This document shows, piece after piece, positions 27,753 to 32,000 of a stretch of DNA of 32,000 bases. Within the stretch, counting starts at the first letter, position 1; each line of letters starts with the position of its first letter. The position numbers were made by a program, and so were the translations under genes. Under the pieces are notes generated by a model that searched no databases, was not told the origin of the DNA, and worked only from the letters and a program-made list of their open reading frames with translations. Origin of the DNA: Wolbachia endosymbiont of Drosophila innubila (GTDB lineage Bacteria > Pseudomonadota > Alphaproteobacteria > Rickettsiales > Anaplasmataceae); the NCBI RefSeq assembly GCF_021378375.1, contig NZ_CP076228.1:270001-302000 (forward strand). Reading direction: 5' to 3'.

Positions 27753-29828
27753 ATGATAGAAAAGAAGTACAGTAAGATTTTAATAGCAAACAGAGGAGAG
27801 ATTGCCTGCAGGATTATCAGAACTGCCCATAAGATGGGTATATCTTGTGTGTGCATATACTCGGATGCAGATGTAAATTCTGTGCATGTAAGACAAGCAG
27901 ATGAGTCAAGATATATCGGCCCTTCGCCATCTTGCCTCAGTTATTTAAACATTGAAAAAATATGTGAAGTAGCAGTTGAAACAGGTGCTGAGGCAGTTCA
28001 TCCTGGCTATGGTTTTTTAGCAGAGAATCCAGATTTTCCACGTGCTCTTCAAAAACATAATATAGACTTCATCGGTCCCAGTGCAGAAACAATAGAAGTT
28101 ACAGCCAACAAAATAACAGCAAAAGAAGCTGCAAGAAAAGCTGGAGTGAATGTAGTGCCAGGATATATGGGTAAGATCAGCGATGCTGCCCACGCAGCTC
28201 AAGTTGCTAAAGAGGTCGGTTTTCCCGTTATGCTCAAAGCTGCATCAGGCGGTGGTGGCAAAGGAATGCGAATTGTAAACTCCAAAAAAGAAATTGAACT
28301 AGCATTTACATCAGCCACAAATGAAGCAGAGAAAAGTTTTAAGGATGGCAGTATCTTTATAGAGAAATATATAGAGTTGCCAAGACATATTGAAATACAA
28401 ATCATAGCAGATAAATATGGCAATATAGTTTGTCTTGGAGAAAGAGAATGCTCGATACAAAGGAATAATCAGAAAATAATAGAAGAAACGCCAAGTCCAT
28501 TCATTAGTGAAGAAGTAAGACAAAAAATGTATGTTCAATGTGTTTCTCTGGCAAAGCAAGTTGGCTATTTTTCAGCAGGCACTGTTGAGTTTGTTGTAGA
28601 TAAAGACCAAAACTTCTATTTTCTTGAGGTAAATACGAGATTGCAAGTTGAGCATCCAGTAACAGAATTTATAACTGGAATAGACATAGTAGAAGAAATG
28701 ATTAGAACTTCCTGTGGAGAGAAATTGAGATTCAATCAGGATGATATTAAACTTACTGGTTCTGCAATAGAAAGTAGAATTTGCGCTGAAGACCCATCGA
28801 AGAAATTTTTCCCTTCCAGCGGAAGAATAAAATATTACGATAAACCGGGTGAAAATGATTATGTAAGAATAGATGATGGAGTTGCTGCAGGTTCAGAAAT
28901 TAGCATGTTCTATGATTCGATGATTGCCAAAGTGATAACATATGGAAAAGATAGAGTAGAAGCGATCAGCAGAATGCAAAAAGCATTGTCTGAATGCTAT
29001 ATAGAAGGAGTAACAAATAATATAGAATTTCTAGAATCCATCTTCCATCACCCAAATTTTATCGCAGCAAAGCTCCATACGAGATTCATTCCAGATCATT
29101 ACCCTAGTGGGTTTCACGGCGATTTTGTTACAGAGGAGTATATTAAAATATTTATTTTCACTGCGTTATATGTTCATTTGGAAAATGAAGAAAGGTACCA
29201 TCATAAAGCAGTGAATGAAACATCTCAGGTGTCATTCCAGTGCGTGACACTGGAATCTAGTAAAAAAGAAGGGGCACCAGTATCAGCTACTCGGATGGCA
29301 GGTGACCGTGCAAGAGATTTATTCATAGTGAATATAAATGACAATGAGTACTCCGTAAATGCAAAATACCAAGATAATATATTAATAACGGTATATAATC
29401 ACAATAAATACTCCGTTATAGGCAAGTGGAAATCAAGTTATAGATTGCTATATATCACAATTAATGACGATACCAATATAGCACTTAAAATAGAAAGACA
29501 AGGCAGCAAGTACTTCATAAGGCATGCAGGCATGAAAGCTGAGTGTTGTATATTTAAGCCTCATGTAGCTGAATTAAGTAGGTTAATGCTAAATAATGAA
29601 ACAGAAGGGATTTCAGCAGATGCTGTAAAATCCCCAATATCTGGTTTATTAGTTAAATTGCACGTAAATGTAGGAGATCAGGTGGAAATAGGACAACCTT
29701 TATTTGTGGTGGAGGCAATGAAAATGGAAAATATCATATGTGCTGAAGCAGCAATGGTGATAAAAAATATTCCCGTTCAAGAAGGAAAAAATGTGCAGAT
29801 TGGTGATGTAGTCTGCTTTCTTAAATAA
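27753..29828 (+). CDS. pccA: Acyl-CoA (propionyl-CoA) carboxylase alpha subunit: biotin carboxylase plus biotin carboxyl carrier domain
   Basis: [52 protein letters not shown]-terminal VVEAMKMEN biotinylation motif. Confidence 0.93.
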   Translation: MIEKKYSKILIANRGEIACRIIRTAHKMGISCVCIYSDADVNSVHVRQADESRYIGPSPSCLSYLNIEKICEVAVETGAEAVHPGYGFLAENPDFPRALQKHNIDFIGPSAETIEVTANKITAKEAARKAGVNVVPGYMGKISDAAHAAQVAKEVGFPVMLKAASGGGGKGMRIVNSKKEIELAFTSATNEAEKSFKDGSIFIEKYIELPRHIEIQIIADKYGNIVCLGERECSIQRNNQKIIEETPSPFISEEVRQKMYVQCVSLAKQVGYFSAGTVEFVVDKDQNFYFLEVNTRLQVEHPVTEFITGIDIVEEMIRTSCGEKLRFNQDDIKLTGSAIESRICAEDPSKKFFPSSGRIKYYDKPGENDYVRIDDGVAAGSEISMFYDSMIAKVITYGKDRVEAISRMQKALSECYIEGVTNNIEFLESIFHHPNFIAAKLHTRFIPDHYPSGFHGDFVTEEYIKIFIFTALYVHLENEERYHHKAVNETSQVSFQCVTLESSKKEGAPVSATRMAGDRARDLFIVNINDNEYSVNAKYQDNILITVYNHNKYSVIGKWKSSYRLLYITINDDTNIALKIERQGSKYFIRHAGMKAECCIFKPHVAELSRLMLNNETEGISADAVKSPISGLLVKLHVNVGDQVEIGQPLFVVEAMKMENIICAEAAMVIKNIPVQEGKNVQIGDVVCFLK
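29229..29309. repeat. Palindromic-element-like insertion inside pccA
   Basis: GTGTCATTCCAGTGCGTGACACTGGAATCTAG...AGTATCAGCTACTCGGATGGCAGGTGAC, translated [25 protein letters not shown]. Edges approximate. Confidence 0.75.
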
Positions 29829-30829
29829 CATAAGAAGTACAAACTTGACCCAAACAAGATAAATGAAAACACTTGATGAGCTATGGCAATGGCTATTGGT
29901 ATGTGCAATAATAGAGTAATTACACCTAAAATGATCTGAATGACGACGGAGAGCAGCATAATATATACCGGTTTTATGCTAGCATTTTTTACTGTGAGTA
30001 TTACTACCAAAGTTAGTATTAGCAATGCCAGTGCTCGATGTATAAATTGCACTGTCGCTCTGTTCTCAAAGATATTCAGCCATGTAGGCTGTAAGAAAAA
30101 TAAATCTTCTGGAACGATTTGTCCGTCCATTAGTGGAAAGGTATTGTAAATTAGACCAGCATTTAATCCTGCAACAAATGCGCCGAAAATTATTTGTATC
30201 ATGATCAGAACTAAAATAATTCCTACGTAGTACTTGGTGTTACAACTAATCTTAAGTTTAGTTTGCTTTGGCCTGATTTGGTAATCAAAAAATTGATATG
30301 AAAATAATGCAAAGATAATTAATGCTAATAATAAGTGAAGTGCGAGCCTATAGTGGCTAACATGAGGCTTGGCTACCAAGCCGCTTTTTACCATATACCA
30401 ACCAGCAAAAGCTTGTAAAGCTCCAAATAATAATGCCACAAATAGCTTTATTACTACCTTTTTAGATATTTTTCTTCTTAATGTAAAATATATAAATGGC
30501 AGGACAAAAACTAAACCTGTTAGTCTTGCAACCAATCTGTGTACATATTCTATTAAGTATATAGCGCGAAACTCCTCCATACTAATACCATAGTTAAGTG
30601 CTTTATATTCAGGTGTAGCTTCGTATTTTAATTTTTCTTGTAGCCAGTCTTGTTCACTCAGTGGTGGTAATGTTCCAGTAATGGGTTTCCACTCCGTGAT
30701 TGACAATCCTGCTTTTGAAAGTCTGGTAAATCCACCAATCCCTACCATGAGAATTACCATGACCGAGCAGAGAAAAAGCCAAATAGCTACAGGTTTTGCT
30801 TCCATAAACCATGCTGAGTTTTGTTCCAT
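29777..30829 (-). CDS. ctaA: Heme A synthase (COX15/CtaA family)
   Basis: [71 protein letters not shown]. Confidence 0.95.
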   Translation of the reverse strand: MEQNSAWFMEAKPVAIWLFLCSVMVILMVGIGGFTRLSKAGLSITEWKPITGTLPPLSEQDWLQEKLKYEATPEYKALNYGISMEEFRAIYLIEYVHRLVARLTGLVFVLPFIYFTLRRKISKKVVIKLFVALLFGALQAFAGWYMVKSGLVAKPHVSHYRLALHLLLALIIFALFSYQFFDYQIRPKQTKLKISCNTKYYVGIILVLIMIQIIFGAFVAGLNAGLIYNTFPLMDGQIVPEDLFFLQPTWLNIFENRATVQFIHRALALLILTLVVILTVKNASIKPVYIMLLSVVIQIILGVITLLLHIPIAIAIAHQVFSFILFGSSLYFLCYLRKQTTSPICTFFPS

Positions 30830-31989
30830 CGCTCAGGGTAAAGAATAAATTCCCATAAGGCAAGAAAAGCTGCAACACTATGTAGCAGACTATAGACCGG
30901 AAAAAATATCGATACTATATAAAAATAAAAAGGCATCTTTTGCTGTTTGACAGCTATTACCAAAAGAATCAGGTTAGTAACGTATACCACTACAAAGTAG
31001 TACAAAAATAATTCATTTAAAACTTTAGTTAATATCAATGAAAGCAGTAAAAATGGAGTAGTAAAAAATATAAAAGCTGCAGAGCCAACAAAAAGATTCA
31101 ATAGCAAAATTCCCTTAAATCCAGTGTGTTTATAAAGTGACTTTATATTTTTTAAATGAACAATATAAGTTTGCATATAGCCTTTGATCCAGCGCGCTCT
31201 TTGCTTAATCCAAGCAAATACAGCAATTGGTGACTCTTCCAATGTTTCTGAGTCAATCATCCTGGTTTTATATCCCATTTGCGCAAGTCTCAAACCAAGG
31301 TCAGCATCTTCGGTAACACTATAAGCATCCCAGAAAAACACTTCTTTTAGAATTTTTACTGAAAAATGATTACTGCTACCACCCAAAGGTATCGGCATGT
31401 TCATTTTTTGGAATCCAGGCAATAAGTATTGAAACCAGTTCATATACTCCAGAGAAAAGAATTTTGTGAGAAAATTATAATCACAATTGTAGTAATTTAA
31501 TTTCGCCTGTACACAGGCAAGCTTATCGTCGTCCTTATTAAATTCAATCAGTGCTTTTTTTAACTGCAATGGGTCTGGTTTATCGTCCGCATCATATATT
31601 ACTGCATACTTTCCTCTAGCAAAGCTCATAGCATAATTGCATGACTTGGCTTTTGTTCTAGGCAAAGAATGAGGCACTTTTATTACTTCAAAATACTGCG
31701 GTAAAGTGTACTTTTCTATAGCTGCTAGCGTTTCTTGGTCATCACTTTCTACCTGAAGCTTCACATCTAATTTTGATTTTGGATAATCCAAACTTTCAAT
31801 GCTTTCGATCAATTGCTCTATCACTGCACTTTCTTTAAAAGCAGGCAATAAAATAGTATATATAGGAAAATCTTCTTCATTCAGCTTACTATAATCCACT
31901 TTTTGATTAGAGGTTTCACATAAGCTAAAAACTGTAGCTATAAACTTGAATAAATAACTAGAACATCCGATTATAAATATCAACATCAA
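30787..31989 (-). CDS. Processive glycosyltransferase family 2 membrane protein (cellulose-synthase-like); 5' end possibly beyond the window
   Basis: [63 protein letters not shown], several TM helices. Frame is still open to the window edge. Confidence 0.88.
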   Translation of the reverse strand: MMLIFIIGCSSYLFKFIATVFSLCETSNQKVDYSKLNEEDFPIYTILLPAFKESAVIEQLIESIESLDYPKSKLDVKLQVESDDQETLAAIEKYTLPQYFEVIKVPHSLPRTKAKSCNYAMSFARGKYAVIYDADDKPDPLQLKKALIEFNKDDDKLACVQAKLNYYNCDYNFLTKFFSLEYMNWFQYLLPGFQKMNMPIPLGGSSNHFSVKILKEVFFWDAYSVTEDADLGLRLAQMGYKTRMIDSETLEESPIAVFAWIKQRARWIKGYMQTYIVHLKNIKSLYKHTGFKGILLLNLFVGSAAFIFFTTPFLLLSLILTKVLNELFLYYFVVVYVTNLILLVIAVKQQKMPFYFYIVSIFFPVYSLLHSVAAFLALWEFILYPERWNKTQHGLWKQNL

Positions 31990-32000
31990 AGCAAAATATG

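Noticed and set aside
29777-30829. Convergent and same-strand overlaps around ctaA (pccA end, GT2 end) as evidence of annotation error
   Set aside because: All three proteins have good internal motifs and short overlaps are common here; start choice could shorten some but the genes are real.

Overview
The window looks like a chromosomal segment of a Wolbachia endosymbiont: AT-rich, Rickettsiales-type housekeeping genes, ankyrin genes, dense short palindromic repeats. Housekeeping genes recognised: pyrF, tatC, gap, cca-type nucleotidyltransferase, ychF, gmk, sdhA, gltX, pccA-like, ctaA and a processive GT2 glycosyltransferase. Accessory content: an N-terminal-hydrophobic/coiled-coil protein; a three-gene amino-acid ABC transporter divergent from argR with ARG-box-like operators; two separated orphan GTA/HK97-type phage genes (major capsid and prohead protease); a coiled-coil gene split by an in-frame TAG; an OTU-like cysteine protease with a possible NLS and a ubiquitin-binding-like motif; three ankyrin proteins; and a secreted pentapeptide-repeat protein. 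Repeats are a major theme. Wolbachia palindromic-element-like sequences occur between genes and, in frame, inside gap, gltX and pccA. One intergenic copy is split by a 326-bp transposon-like element with 17-bp terminal inverted repeats and a 9-bp target duplication. A ~460-bp repeat occurs twice in inverted orientation about 15 kb apart. The best candidate for an undescribed RNA is a small two-hairpin transcription unit at ~3162-3279 with a consensus promoter and intrinsic terminator. I see no CRISPR array, restriction-modification system, tRNA/rRNA or clear toxin-antitoxin module.
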